DNA from: Candidatus Saccharimonadota bacterium
GTDB lineage: Bacteria; Pseudomonadota; Gammaproteobacteria; Enterobacterales; Enterobacteriaceae
Assembly: GCA_049942775.1 (NCBI GenBank)
Contig: CP188087.1
Location: forward strand, 360,001-392,000
Direction: 5' to 3'
DNA: 32,000 bases
Of this stretch, positions 11,161-22,146 are shown in pieces; the stretch's first letter is position 1; each line of letters opens with the position of its first letter. Below the pieces are notes generated by a model that saw nothing but the letters and a program-made list of their open reading frames with translations, was not told where the DNA came from and made no database searches. The position numbers and the translations under genes were made by a program.

Positions 11161-11258
11161 TTTTTATATTTATAAAAATAAAATTTACTTTCCAAAAAAG
11201 TATATTTTATTTTTATATTTATAAAAATAAAATTTACTTTCCAAAAAAGTATATTTTA
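11161..11258. repeat. Perfect tandem direct repeat, 2 x 49 bp
   Basis: Copy 1 (11161..11209) and copy 2 (11210..11258) are both tttttatatttataaaaataaaatttactttccaaaaaagtatatttta, a 49/49 match by direct comparison. Confidence 0.95.
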
Positions 11259-11324
11259 AAGAATTAAATATAAAAATAATATTAATTATGATATAGTTAA
11301 AATCTTAAAAAATTAAAAATAATT

Positions 11325-11416
11325 GGTGAGATGGCCGAGTGGTTGAAGGCGCTCCCCTGCTAAGGGAGTATGTAAAATTAATTATTAGCATCGAGGGTTC
11401 GAATCCCTCTCTCACC
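11325..11416 (+). tRNA. tRNA-Ser (anticodon GCU), long variable arm, no encoded CCA
   Basis: ggtgaga acceptor / tctcacc, anticodon arm ctccc-ctGCTaa-gggag, and T arm gaggg-ttcgaat-ccctc. It closely resembles E. coli serV, and the position after csrA matches E. coli. Confidence 0.93.
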
Positions 11417-11459
11417 TAATAAAAAAATAATAAAAATTATTTTTATGTTTACATAAACT

Positions 11460-11533
11460 GCATCTGTAGCTCAGTTGGACAGAGTACTCGGCTACGAACC
11501 GAGAGGTAGAAGGTTCGAATCCTTCCAGATGCA
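11460..11533 (+). tRNA. tRNA-Arg (anticodon ACG), no encoded CCA
   Basis: gcatctg / cagatgc acceptor, anticodon arm ctcgg-ctACGaa-ccgag, and T arm gaagg-ttcgaat-ccttc. It resembles E. coli argV, which follows serV. Confidence 0.93.
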
Positions 11534-11541
11534 AAAAAAAT

Positions 11542-11593
11542 AAAATCCAAAAAATATATTTTTTAATATTTGTTTTGGATTTTATTTTTTTTT
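11542..11593. terminator. Hairpin plus T-run after the tRNA pair (aaaatccaaaa / ttttggatttt), flanked by an A-run and a T-run; probably bidirectional with convergent metK
   Basis: An 11-bp inverted repeat at 11542..11552 / 11573..11583 is followed by atttttttttt and preceded by aaaaaaaa. Confidence 0.6.
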
Positions 11594-11688
11594 AAACGAC
11601 CTATTTAATTTATAAATTAATTAAAAAAATAAATTTTTTAAAATAATTAATTTTTAATTTAAAAATTAATATTTGTTTTAAATATTTT

Positions 11689-12855
11689 TTAAAAAACAAA
11701 ATTTTCACTAATTTTTTTTATTTTTTCTATTTGATCAGTTTTTTCCCATGTAAATTGAATTCTTCCAAAATGGCCATAAACAGATGTTGTTAAATAAATA
11801 GGATTTAGCAAATCAAGCATTTTTATTATTCCATAAGGTCTTAAATCAAATATTTTTTTTATTAATTTAACCAAATTTTCATTACTTATTTTGCTTGTTC
11901 CAAACGTATCCACCATAATTGATATCGGATTAGAAATACCAATGGCATAAGATAATTGTATTTCACACTTTTCAGCAATTCCTGCTGCAACAATATTCTT
12001 AGCTATATAACGTGCTGCATAGGCAGCTGATCTATCAATTTTAGACGGGTCTTTTCCAGAAAAAGCACCCCCACCATGTCTAGCCATTCCACCATAAGTA
12101 TCAACTATAATTTTTCTTCCAGTTAAACCACAATCTCCTAAAGGACCTCCAACTACAAATCTTCCTGTAGGATTAATATAAAATTTAGTATTTTTACTAA
12201 TCCATTCTTTTGGTATAACAGAAAAAATAATTTCCTCCATTACAAAATCTTTAATTTCTTTGTTTGAAACCATTTTAGAATGTTGAGTAGAAAAAACTAT
12301 TGTATCCACTCCTACTATTTTACCTGAATTGTATTCAAAAGTAATTTGGCTTTTTGCATCTGGTCGTAACCAAGATAATAAATTCTTTTTTCTAATTTTA
12401 GAATGTGTTTCCACTAATCTATGAGCATATACAATAGGAGCAGGCATAAACACATCTGTTTCATTAGTAGCATATCCAAAGACAATTCCTTGATCTCCTG
12501 CCCTTTGATCATATGGATTAAAATCATTTTTATTAATGCCCTTTCTAATGTCTAAAGATTGTTTCCCAAAAGTATTTAGAATAGAACAAGAATCAGCATC
12601 AAAACCTGAATTTGAATCAATATATCCAATTTTTCGTATTGTATCTCTTACAATTTCTTCCACATTAATAGAAGCTGTTGTATTAATTTCTCCACCTACT
12701 AAAACCATTCCAGTTTTTACGTAAGTTTCACAAGCTACATGAGAATTTGGATCTTGAATCAAAAAAGCATCAAGTAATGCATCAGATATTTGATCTGCAA
12801 CTTTATCTGGATGACCTTCAGAAACAGATTCTGAAGTAAAAAAATATCGAGACAA
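11689..12855 (-). CDS. metK: S-adenosylmethionine synthase
   Basis: [21 protein letters not shown] and [23 protein letters not shown] match MetK. The TTG start (complement of 12853..12855) has an AAGAGGAA SD (complement of 12864..12871). Confidence 0.96.
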   Translation of the reverse strand: MSRYFFTSESVSEGHPDKVADQISDALLDAFLIQDPNSHVACETYVKTGMVLVGGEINTTASINVEEIVRDTIRKIGYIDSNSGFDADSCSILNTFGKQSLDIRKGINKNDFNPYDQRAGDQGIVFGYATNETDVFMPAPIVYAHRLVETHSKIRKKNLLSWLRPDAKSQITFEYNSGKIVGVDTIVFSTQHSKMVSNKEIKDFVMEEIIFSVIPKEWISKNTKFYINPTGRFVVGGPLGDCGLTGRKIIVDTYGGMARHGGGAFSGKDPSKIDRSAAYAARYIAKNIVAAGIAEKCEIQLSYAIGISNPISIMVDTFGTSKISNENLVKLIKKIFDLRPYGIIKMLDLLNPIYLTTSVYGHFGRIQFTWEKTDQIEKIKKISENFVF

Positions 12856-13193
12856 CTGATCAGTTCCTCTTTAAAAAATAAAAAACATAAAAAAAAAAAA
12901 AATTGATAAATTTTTCTATTATATGTAAAAAATATGTATTAATTAAATTAAATTTATAAAAAAAAAATCTAAAAATAATAAATTTCTTTTTATATAAATT
13001 AACTTTTCTAGTTTTTAATTCTAAAAAAAAAGTATATAAAATTTAATTATCTAATTATTTTATAAATTATTACAATATTTAAAAAATTTTTATATTTTTC
13101 TAAAACATACATTTAGATCTCAAAATCTAAAACCATATTTTTAACTGATTTTAAAAAACAAAATTTAGAAAATAATCAAAAATCTAATACCAA

Positions 13194-13865
13194 CTATATT
13201 TTTTTATCCTTGAAATTTGTTTTTAAACCATTAGAACTTCCTATTAATACTATATCAGCAGGTCTTTTAGCAAAAATTCCTACTGTTACAACACCTACAA
13301 TCGAATTTATTTTTTCTTCCATTAAAATAGGATTAATAATATTTAATTTATGTACTTCTACTATATAATTTCCATTATCAGTTATTACATTTTTTCTTCT
13401 TACACTGTAACCGCCTAATTTATTTAATTCAGAAATTACATAAGAACAAGCCATTGGAATGACTTCTACAGATAATGGAAATTTCCCTAAAACTTCTACT
13501 TGTTTATTTTCATCGACAATGCAAATAAATTTTTTTGAAACAGCAGCTATAATTTTTTCTTTCGTTAATGCATTTCCACCACCCTTTATCATTTGCATTT
13601 TAGGGTTAACTTCGTCAGCTCCATCAACATATACAGATAACGAATTAACTTCATTTAAATCAAATATTTTAATTCCAATTTTTTTTAAAAGTTTACTGGA
13701 AATAGATGAACTAGAAACCGCACCTTTAATTAAATGTTTTATTTCCTTCAAAAATTTAATAAAAAAAGATACTGTAGTTCCAGTTCCAATACCTATAATT
13801 GAATTTGGAACTATGTATTTAATTGCAGATTTAGCTGCTAATTCTTTAAGTCTACGATTTTTCAT
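13194..13865 (-). CDS. rpiA: Ribose-5-phosphate isomerase A
   Basis: [20 protein letters not shown] and [12 protein letters not shown] match RpiA. Length is 223 aa versus 219 aa in E. coli. Confidence 0.93.
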   Translation of the reverse strand: MKNRRLKELAAKSAIKYIVPNSIIGIGTGTTVSFFIKFLKEIKHLIKGAVSSSSISSKLLKKIGIKIFDLNEVNSLSVYVDGADEVNPKMQMIKGGGNALTKEKIIAAVSKKFICIVDENKQVEVLGKFPLSVEVIPMACSYVISELNKLGGYSVRRKNVITDNGNYIVEVHKLNIINPILMEEKINSIVGVVTVGIFAKRPADIVLIGSSNGLKTNFKDKKI

Positions 13866-13923
13866 AGAAATGTTTCAAAAAAATATTTATGAAATTTAAT
13901 AAAAATTGTTAATAAAAAATATT

Positions 13924-13994
13924 CTGGGACACCTGGATTCGAACCAGGGATGCCGGTATCAAAAACCGGTGCCTTGCCTCTTGGCTATGTCCCA
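13924..13994 (-). tRNA. tRNA-Gln (anticodon UUG), no encoded CCA
   Basis: The reverse complement tgggacatagccaagaggcaaggcaccggttTTGataccggcatccctggttcgaatccaggtgtcccag has U1-A72 and G73, as in E. coli tRNA-Gln. Confidence 0.92.
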
Positions 13995-14023
13995 ACTATT
14001 TTTTTAATTTTTGCTAAGAATTT

Positions 14024-14105
14024 TACGGAAGGCGGGACTTGAACCCGCAAATCTTTCGATGCCAGATCCTAAATCTGGTGCGTTTGCCAATTCCGCCACT
14101 TCCGC
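14024..14105 (-). tRNA. tRNA-Leu (anticodon UAG), class II long variable arm, no encoded CCA
   Basis: The reverse complement gcggaagtggcggaattggcaaacgcaccagattTAGgatctggcatcgaaagatttgcgggttcaagtcccgccttccgta resembles E. coli leuW. Confidence 0.9.
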
Positions 14106-14146
14106 TATAAAAAACTAAAATATAAACTTAAAAAAAATTGAAATTA

Positions 14147-14220
14147 TGGCTATGACGGGATTCGAACCCATGACCGCAGCGTTATGAGTGCTGTGCTCTA
14201 ACCAACTGAGCTACATAGCC
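14147..14220 (-). tRNA. tRNA-Met, elongator type (anticodon CAU), no encoded CCA
   Basis: The reverse complement ggctatgtagctcagttggttagagcacagcactCATaacgctgcggtcatgggttcgaatcccgtcatagcca is very close to E. coli metT and unlike ileX. The Met-Leu-Gln order matches the E. coli metT-leuW-glnU operon next to glnS. Confidence 0.88.
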
Positions 14221-14364
14221 GAAGTAACAAAAGATTATTTCTTTTATTTATTTAGTGTAATATATTTTTCGAAAATCATCAATATACTTATAATTTTCTT
14301 TTAAAAAAAATATTTTTTTATTAAAATATTGTTTTTAACAAACAATAACAAAAAATTAAAAAAT

Positions 14365-16026
14365 ATGACAAAAAAAAAAATACATAATAATTTCATAAAA
14401 AAAATTATTGAAAAAGATCTAAAAGATAAAAAACATCTATTTATAAGAACTAGATTTCCACCAGAACCAAATGGGTACTTACATATTGGTCATGCAAAAA
14501 CAATTTGTTTAAATTTTGAAATTGCTAAAAACTACAACGGATATTGTAATCTAAGATTTGATGATACAAATCCTAAAAAAGAAAAAGCAGAATTTATTAA
14601 TTCTATACAAAAAGACATACAGTGGCTAGGATTTAAATGGCATAAACAACCACGTTATACTTCAAACTATTTCGAAAAAATATATAAATATGCTATTCAA
14701 TTAATTAAAGATGACTTAGCTTACGTAGATTTATTAACAAAAAAACAAATTCGAGAATATAGAGGCACACTTATTCAACCAGGAACAGATAGTCCTTATA
14801 GAAAACATACGATTGAAAAAAATTTGTTTTTATTTGAAAAAATGAAAGCAGGACTATTTCTACCAGGACAAGCTTGTCTTAGAGCCAAAATAAATATGAA
14901 ATCCTCTCGGATTATAATGAGAGATCCTGTTTTATACAGAATTGTTTTTAAAAAAAAAGATCAAACTTCTTCTAATAAATGGCTTATATACCCTACTTAT
15001 GATTTTAGTCACTGTATTTCTGATTCAATAGAAGGAATTACTCATTCGTTATGTACATTAGAATTTTCAGATAATAAACATCTTTATAATTGGATATTAA
15101 AAAAAATTAAAATTTTAAATAAACCTAATCAATACGAATTCTCCCGATTACAATTAGAATATTCAATATTATCAAAAAGAAAAATCCAAATTCTTATCGA
15201 AAAAAAAATTGTAACTAATTGGAATGATCCTAGATTAGCAACTATTTCCGGACTTAAAAAAAGAGGATATACTGCTTCTTCTATAAAAGATTTTTGTAAA
15301 AAAATAGGAGTTACAAAACAAGAAAGTTTAATTGAATTTTCTCTTTTAGAATCCTGTATTAGAAAGGAACTAAATAATGTTGCTCCTAGAATTATGGCTG
15401 TATTAAATCCAATAAAAATAATTATTGAAAATTACCCAAACAATAAAATTGAAAAAATAATTATTGCCAATCATCCTAATAATCCAAAAATGGGATTTAG
15501 AGAAATATTTTTTTCTAAAGAAATATATATAGATAAATCAGATTTTTCAGAAAAGGAGAATAAGAAATACAAACGTTTAACTTTACATACAAAAATTAGA
15601 TTAAGATACGCATACATTATACAAACTACAAAAATTAAAAAAGATAAAGATAATAATATTATTTCTATACATTGTACGTATGATAAAAATACTCTAGGAA
15701 GAAATCCAAAAAACGAAAAAATAAAATGTGTATTACATTGGGTTGCTAAAAAAAAATCTCTGCAATCTAAATTTATTTTATATAATAAATTATTTAAAAT
15801 AAAAAATCCAGAATTAGAAAAAGATTTTTTATCTCATATTAATGAACAATCAATAATTATAAAAAAAGGATTAATCGATTCTTACATATCTAAAAATAAC
15901 TATAATAAAATTTATCAATTCGAAAGAATCGGGTATTTTTGTATTGAAAAAAAAAACTATGATAAAAAAAAATGGATTTTTAGTAGAATTGTTTCTTTAA
16001 GAGAAAAAATAAATTTAAAAAAATAA
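14365..16026 (+). CDS. glnS: Glutamine--tRNA ligase
   Basis: NFIKKIIEKDL...RTRFPPEPNGYLHIGHAKTICLNF and NLRFDDTNP match GlnRS, with ILSKRK as the KMSKS-type motif. The ATG at 14365 aligns with the E. coli N-terminus. The ORF track extends to a TTG at 14329, which I consider less likely. Confidence 0.93.
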   Translation: MTKKKIHNNFIKKIIEKDLKDKKHLFIRTRFPPEPNGYLHIGHAKTICLNFEIAKNYNGYCNLRFDDTNPKKEKAEFINSIQKDIQWLGFKWHKQPRYTSNYFEKIYKYAIQLIKDDLAYVDLLTKKQIREYRGTLIQPGTDSPYRKHTIEKNLFLFEKMKAGLFLPGQACLRAKINMKSSRIIMRDPVLYRIVFKKKDQTSSNKWLIYPTYDFSHCISDSIEGITHSLCTLEFSDNKHLYNWILKKIKILNKPNQYEFSRLQLEYSILSKRKIQILIEKKIVTNWNDPRLATISGLKKRGYTASSIKDFCKKIGVTKQESLIEFSLLESCIRKELNNVAPRIMAVLNPIKIIIENYPNNKIEKIIIANHPNNPKMGFREIFFSKEIYIDKSDFSEKENKKYKRLTLHTKIRLRYAYIIQTTKIKKDKDNNIISIHCTYDKNTLGRNPKNEKIKCVLHWVAKKKSLQSKFILYNKLFKIKNPELEKDFLSHINEQSIIIKKGLIDSYISKNNYNKIYQFERIGYFCIEKKNYDKKKWIFSRIVSLREKINLKK

Positions 16027-16273
16027 TTTTTTTTAAATAAATTTAAAAAAATAATTTTTTTACAAAAATTTAAATTTAAAAAAAATTTTTAATAAATAAT
16101 TAAATTAAAATTAAAAAATTAAAAAATAAAAACACATGTTATAATTAATTTTTGAAATTTAATCTCATTAAAATTAAATAACTTGCATTAAAATTACATA
16201 ACTAATTTACTACCAATTCAACTCGTTGCTAATTATTAACTAAAAAACTAATTTTTTTTTCAATCTAATTAGA

Positions 16274-17874
<1,601 letters not shown>

Positions 17875-17887
17875 TTTAGGAAAAAAA

Positions 17888-19210
17888 ATGTCAAAAATAA
17901 TTAAAATAATCGCTAGAGAAATAATCGATTCCAGAGGATATCCAACGATAGAATCTCAAGTATATTTAGATTGTGGAAAAACTGGAATATCTTCAGTTCC
18001 ATCTGGTGCTTCCACCGGCTCTAAAGAATCTTTAGAACTACGAGATAACAATAAAAAATATTTTTTAGGAAAGGGAGTAAAAAAAGCTGTAAAAATAGTT
18101 AATTCAACTATAAACGATGCAATTTTTGAAATGGATTGCAGAGAACAAAAAAAAATTGATGAAACTATGATACAACTGGATAATACAGAAAATAAATCTA
18201 ATTTAGGAGCTAATGCTATTTTAGCTGTTTCTTTAGCTGTAGCAAAAGCTGCAGCATCTTTTAAAAAAATGCCTTTGTTTCAACATATTTCTGAATTAAA
18301 CGAAACAAAAAATAAATATTCTATGCCTTTACCTATGATAAACATTATTAATGGAGGTAAACATGCAAATAATAATATTGATATACAAGAATTTATGATT
18401 CAACCTATTGGAGCAAATAATATCAAAGAAGCAATACAAATAGGATCTGAAATTTTTCATAATTTAAAAATTGTTCTGGAAAAAAAAGGAATGAGTACAT
18501 CAGTAGGTGATGAAGGAGGATTTGCTCCTAATTTAAATTCTAACGAAGATGCATTTATAATTATGAAACAAGCCATTGAAAATACAGATTATGTTTTAGG
18601 AAAAGATGTTGCTTTTTCTATAGATTGTGCAGCTTCAGAATTATACGATAAAAATGATAAAAAATATAATTTACCTGGAGAGAAAAAAAGCTTTTCTTCA
18701 AAAGAATTTACTCACTATTTAGAAAAATTCATAAATAAATATCCAATTACTTCAATAGAAGATGGTCAAAGTGAATTAGATTGGGATGGGTTTTATTATC
18801 AAACAAAAATCTTGGGAAGTTTTATACAATTAGTTGGAGACGATTTGTTTGTAACAAATCCTAAAATACTAAAAAAAGGAATTGAAAAAAACATTGCAAA
18901 TTCTATTTTAATTAAACTAAATCAAATAGGAACTTTAACAGAAACTTTATCTACAATACAACTTGCAAAAAAATTTAAATATTCAACAATTATTTCTCAT
19001 CGTTCAGGAGAAACAGAAGACACTTTTATATCAGACCTATCTGTCGGAACTGCATCAGGACAAATCAAAACTGGTTCAATGTGTCGAACTGAAAGAACTG
19101 CCAAATATAATCAACTAATTAGAATTGAAGAAACAATCGGAAACAAAAAAGCACCATTTTTTGGTTATAAAGAAATAAAAAATTATAAAAATAAAAATTT
19201 TAAAAAATAA
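17888..19210 (+). CDS. eno: Enolase
   Basis: [34 protein letters not shown] and [15 protein letters not shown] match enolase. Length is 440 aa. Confidence 0.97.
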   Translation: MSKIIKIIAREIIDSRGYPTIESQVYLDCGKTGISSVPSGASTGSKESLELRDNNKKYFLGKGVKKAVKIVNSTINDAIFEMDCREQKKIDETMIQLDNTENKSNLGANAILAVSLAVAKAAASFKKMPLFQHISELNETKNKYSMPLPMINIINGGKHANNNIDIQEFMIQPIGANNIKEAIQIGSEIFHNLKIVLEKKGMSTSVGDEGGFAPNLNSNEDAFIIMKQAIENTDYVLGKDVAFSIDCAASELYDKNDKKYNLPGEKKSFSSKEFTHYLEKFINKYPITSIEDGQSELDWDGFYYQTKILGSFIQLVGDDLFVTNPKILKKGIEKNIANSILIKLNQIGTLTETLSTIQLAKKFKYSTIISHRSGETEDTFISDLSVGTASGQIKTGSMCRTERTAKYNQLIRIEETIGNKKAPFFGYKEIKNYKNKNFKK

Positions 19211-19240
19211 ATTTATTATTGATTTAAGATTAAAAATCTG

Positions 19241-19275
19241 TTCTTGTTAGTAATATTTAAAAAAACTAACAAGAA
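19241..19275 (+). terminator. Hairpin 30 nt downstream of eno (10-bp perfect stem ttcttgttag/ctaacaagaa, 15-nt loop)
   Basis: The inverted repeat was read directly. No immediate T-run follows. Confidence 0.5.
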
Positions 19276-19600
19276 TACAAAACATAATTTTTTGATAATT
19301 AACTTTAAAAAAAATATTAATTTTTAATTTATTTAAAAGACAATCATTTTATTTTTTAAAATTTAAAAATAGAAATTCTTTTTAAATTTTACATTACTTA
19401 ATTGTAATTAAATTTAATTAAATTAGAAAAAAATAGATTAATACAATGTTTCTATGTTAATGTTAACTAGAAATAAAAAATTTATTTAAAAAAATGTTTT
19501 TTAAAAAAAAAATACTTTTTAAAAATGAACTTTTACTAAAAAAAAATATCTAAACAAAAAATACTTTTTACAAATTTTGATTTATATACGTAAAAAATTT

Positions 19601-22105
19601 TTATAACATTTTTTTTATTTTAAAAATATAATTTAGCGCTTCAATTGGAGAAATTTTTTCTGGAATTAAAGATTTTAAATAATCTACAACTATTGAATTT
19701 TTTTTAGATTTTCTTTCGTTTTTTTCTAGTTCTGTTATTTTTTTTACTGCTTCTTCAATAACCGATAGTGGTAATCCAGCCAATGAAGATACTAATAATC
19801 CATAACTTTTATTGGAAACACCAATTTTAACTTTATATAAAAAAAGTATTTTATTATTTTTTTTTAAAATTTTAAAAAACAAATTTTCAATTGAATTATA
19901 TTGATTTGATAATTCTGTTAATCTAAAAAAATGTGTAGAAAATAAAGTCATACAATTTATTTTTTCAACTAAATATTTTATACATGACCATGCTAAAGAA
20001 AATCCGTCAACAGTTGAAGTACCCCTACCTATTTCATCTATTATTACTAAACTATTTTTTGTAGCATTGTTTAGTATACTAACCATTTCTTTAATTTCAA
20101 CCATAAAAGTAGATTGTCCATAAGATAAATTATCAGAAGCACCAATTCTAGTAAATATCTTGTCAATAACTCCGATAGTAGCTGATTCTGCAGGAACAAA
20201 ACTACCAATCCAAGTTAATATAGCAATTAATGCTATTTGACGCATAAATGTGCTTTTTCCTCCCATATTAGGACCTGTGATAATAAACATTCTTTTATTT
20301 TCACAAAATTTAATTCCATTTTTTACAAAATTTATCCCAGTTATATTTTCTATTACTGGATGTCTTCCATTTTTTATAAACAAAATATTTTTATTAGTAG
20401 ATATTTTAGGACAAACATAATTTAAAGTTACTGACCGTTCTGATAAATTTGTTAATACATCTAATTCAGAAATTGCCGAATACATTTTTTGTAAATCAAT
20501 TATATATGGAGAAATATAATCAAATAATTCTTCATATAACATTTTTTCTAAAGCTATTATTCTAATTTCTGATTCTAAAAATTTTTTTTGATATTCTTGT
20601 AATAAAGGAAAAATATATCGATTCGAATGTTTAATTGATTGTTTTTTTATGTAATATAAAGGAACAAGATGTGAATATTTTTTATTAATTTGAATATAAT
20701 AACCAATTAAACTATTAAATCCTATTTTCAAAGATTTTATTCCTAATCTACTTCTTTCTTCTAATTCAATATTTTTAAGCAAATTTTCAGAAGTAGATTT
20801 CAATCTTCTTAATTCGTCTAATTCAGAATTATAATTTTCTGCAATCACACCTCCATTTCGTAAAGAATTCGAAGGATTATCACTTATACATTTTTTTAGT
20901 AAAAAATATAAATTAGGAAAGAATATTATTTTTTTTAATATTTTTTTTAAATTTTTATTTTTGGTTTTTTTTAAAATAAAATTTATTTTTGGAAATAATT
21001 TGATAGAATTTTTTAGTGATAAAAAATCTCTAGGTAAAGCGATTCTTAAAGAAATTCTCCCTACAATTCGTTCTAAATCTCCTATTTGAGATAAATATTT
21101 TTTTATTTTAAAAAAAATTTTTCGTAAATCTAAAATACTACCTTGTCTATTTTTAACTATTGATACATCTCTAATTGGAAAACATAACCAACGTTTTAAC
21201 ATTCTACTACCCATTTTAGTAGATGTTTTATCTAAAATAGATAATAAAGAATTATTTCCTGTTCCTAAAACATTTTTTATAATTTCTAAATTTTTAATTG
21301 TAGAAGAATTTATTTCAATATACTCATGATCTTTAACAAATTCTATTTTTCTAATATGTATTAAATTAGAACTATAATTTATGGATTGAACATACTTAAA
21401 TAAACATCCTGCCGATTTTAGGTTAAAAAAATCATCCTTTATTCCAAATTCTTTAATTTTATTTTTTCCAAAATGCATTTCTAGTTGATTTCTGATAACA
21501 GATAAGTCAAAATAAGAATTAGGTTTAGGATTTAAGCCTCTTCTGTTTTTTATTAATTTTTTTATTGACGAATGTTCAGGAAACAATAATTCATTAGGAT
21601 TAGTTAATTCAATTTTAGATTGCAAACTTTCAAAATTATTGCATTCAAAAATTTTAAATCTTCCTGAACTTAAATTTAAGGTTGAATAAGAAATTCTATC
21701 TTTTTCTTGATACAAGGCTGCTAATAAATTATCATTATTCCCATATAATAATTCTTCTTCTAAAACAGTTCCAGGAGTAATTATTCTTACTACTTTTCGT
21801 TCTAATATTCCAAACTTTGTTCCAGAGTTTTTTATTTGATCACAAATAACCACTTTTTCTCCTTTATTGATTAGTTGTGATAAATAAAAATTAACATTTG
21901 AACAAGGGACACCGGACATAGGTATTTCATCATTAGATGAATAACCTCGTTTCGTTAGAGTAATATTTAATAACGAAGATACTTTTTTAGCATCTTCAAA
22001 AAATACCTCATAAAAATCCCCCATTTGATAAAAAACAATCATTTTCGGGTATTTTTTTTTAAATAAAAAATACTGTTTCATCATAGGAGTACGATAATTT
22101 TTCAT
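19601..22105 (-). CDS. mutS: DNA mismatch repair protein MutS
   Basis: Mismatch-binding motif GDFYEVFFEDA, Walker A GPNMGGKSTFMRQ, and DEIGRGTST. Length is 834 aa versus 853 aa in E. coli. Confidence 0.95.
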   Translation of the reverse strand: MKNYRTPMMKQYFLFKKKYPKMIVFYQMGDFYEVFFEDAKKVSSLLNITLTKRGYSSNDEIPMSGVPCSNVNFYLSQLINKGEKVVICDQIKNSGTKFGILERKVVRIITPGTVLEEELLYGNNDNLLAALYQEKDRISYSTLNLSSGRFKIFECNNFESLQSKIELTNPNELLFPEHSSIKKLIKNRRGLNPKPNSYFDLSVIRNQLEMHFGKNKIKEFGIKDDFFNLKSAGCLFKYVQSINYSSNLIHIRKIEFVKDHEYIEINSSTIKNLEIIKNVLGTGNNSLLSILDKTSTKMGSRMLKRWLCFPIRDVSIVKNRQGSILDLRKIFFKIKKYLSQIGDLERIVGRISLRIALPRDFLSLKNSIKLFPKINFILKKTKNKNLKKILKKIIFFPNLYFLLKKCISDNPSNSLRNGGVIAENYNSELDELRRLKSTSENLLKNIELEERSRLGIKSLKIGFNSLIGYYIQINKKYSHLVPLYYIKKQSIKHSNRYIFPLLQEYQKKFLESEIRIIALEKMLYEELFDYISPYIIDLQKMYSAISELDVLTNLSERSVTLNYVCPKISTNKNILFIKNGRHPVIENITGINFVKNGIKFCENKRMFIITGPNMGGKSTFMRQIALIAILTWIGSFVPAESATIGVIDKIFTRIGASDNLSYGQSTFMVEIKEMVSILNNATKNSLVIIDEIGRGTSTVDGFSLAWSCIKYLVEKINCMTLFSTHFFRLTELSNQYNSIENLFFKILKKNNKILFLYKVKIGVSNKSYGLLVSSLAGLPLSVIEEAVKKITELEKNERKSKKNSIVVDYLKSLIPEKISPIEALNYIFKIKKML

Positions 22106-22146
22106 AAGTTTTATTTATTGTTAATTAATATTTTTGTAGGAAGATT

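Noticed and set aside
13459-13899. A 146-aa plus-strand ORF, unusually long for an A/T-rich genome, fully overlapping rpiA in antisense
   Set aside because: It lies in the antisense frame in which stops arise only where a sense Tyr, His or Gln codon follows a codon ending in T or C. That frame is statistically open opposite any real gene. The product is low-complexity (rich in F, I and S) and matches no family I recognise, whereas rpiA on the other strand is strongly conserved.
14329-14364. A TTG-initiated 12-codon N-terminal extension of glnS (MFLTNNNKKLKN)
   Set aside because: The ATG at 14365 aligns with the E. coli GlnRS N-terminus (..NFI..II..DL). The extension is low-complexity and unsupported.
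16011-16061. A 23-nt direct repeat aaatttaaaaaaataattttttt (period 28) spanning the glnS stop, each copy an A7-taa-T7 mini-palindrome
   Set aside because: It is pure A/T low-complexity sequence. It is plausibly a weak terminator-like structure, but it cannot be distinguished from compositional noise.
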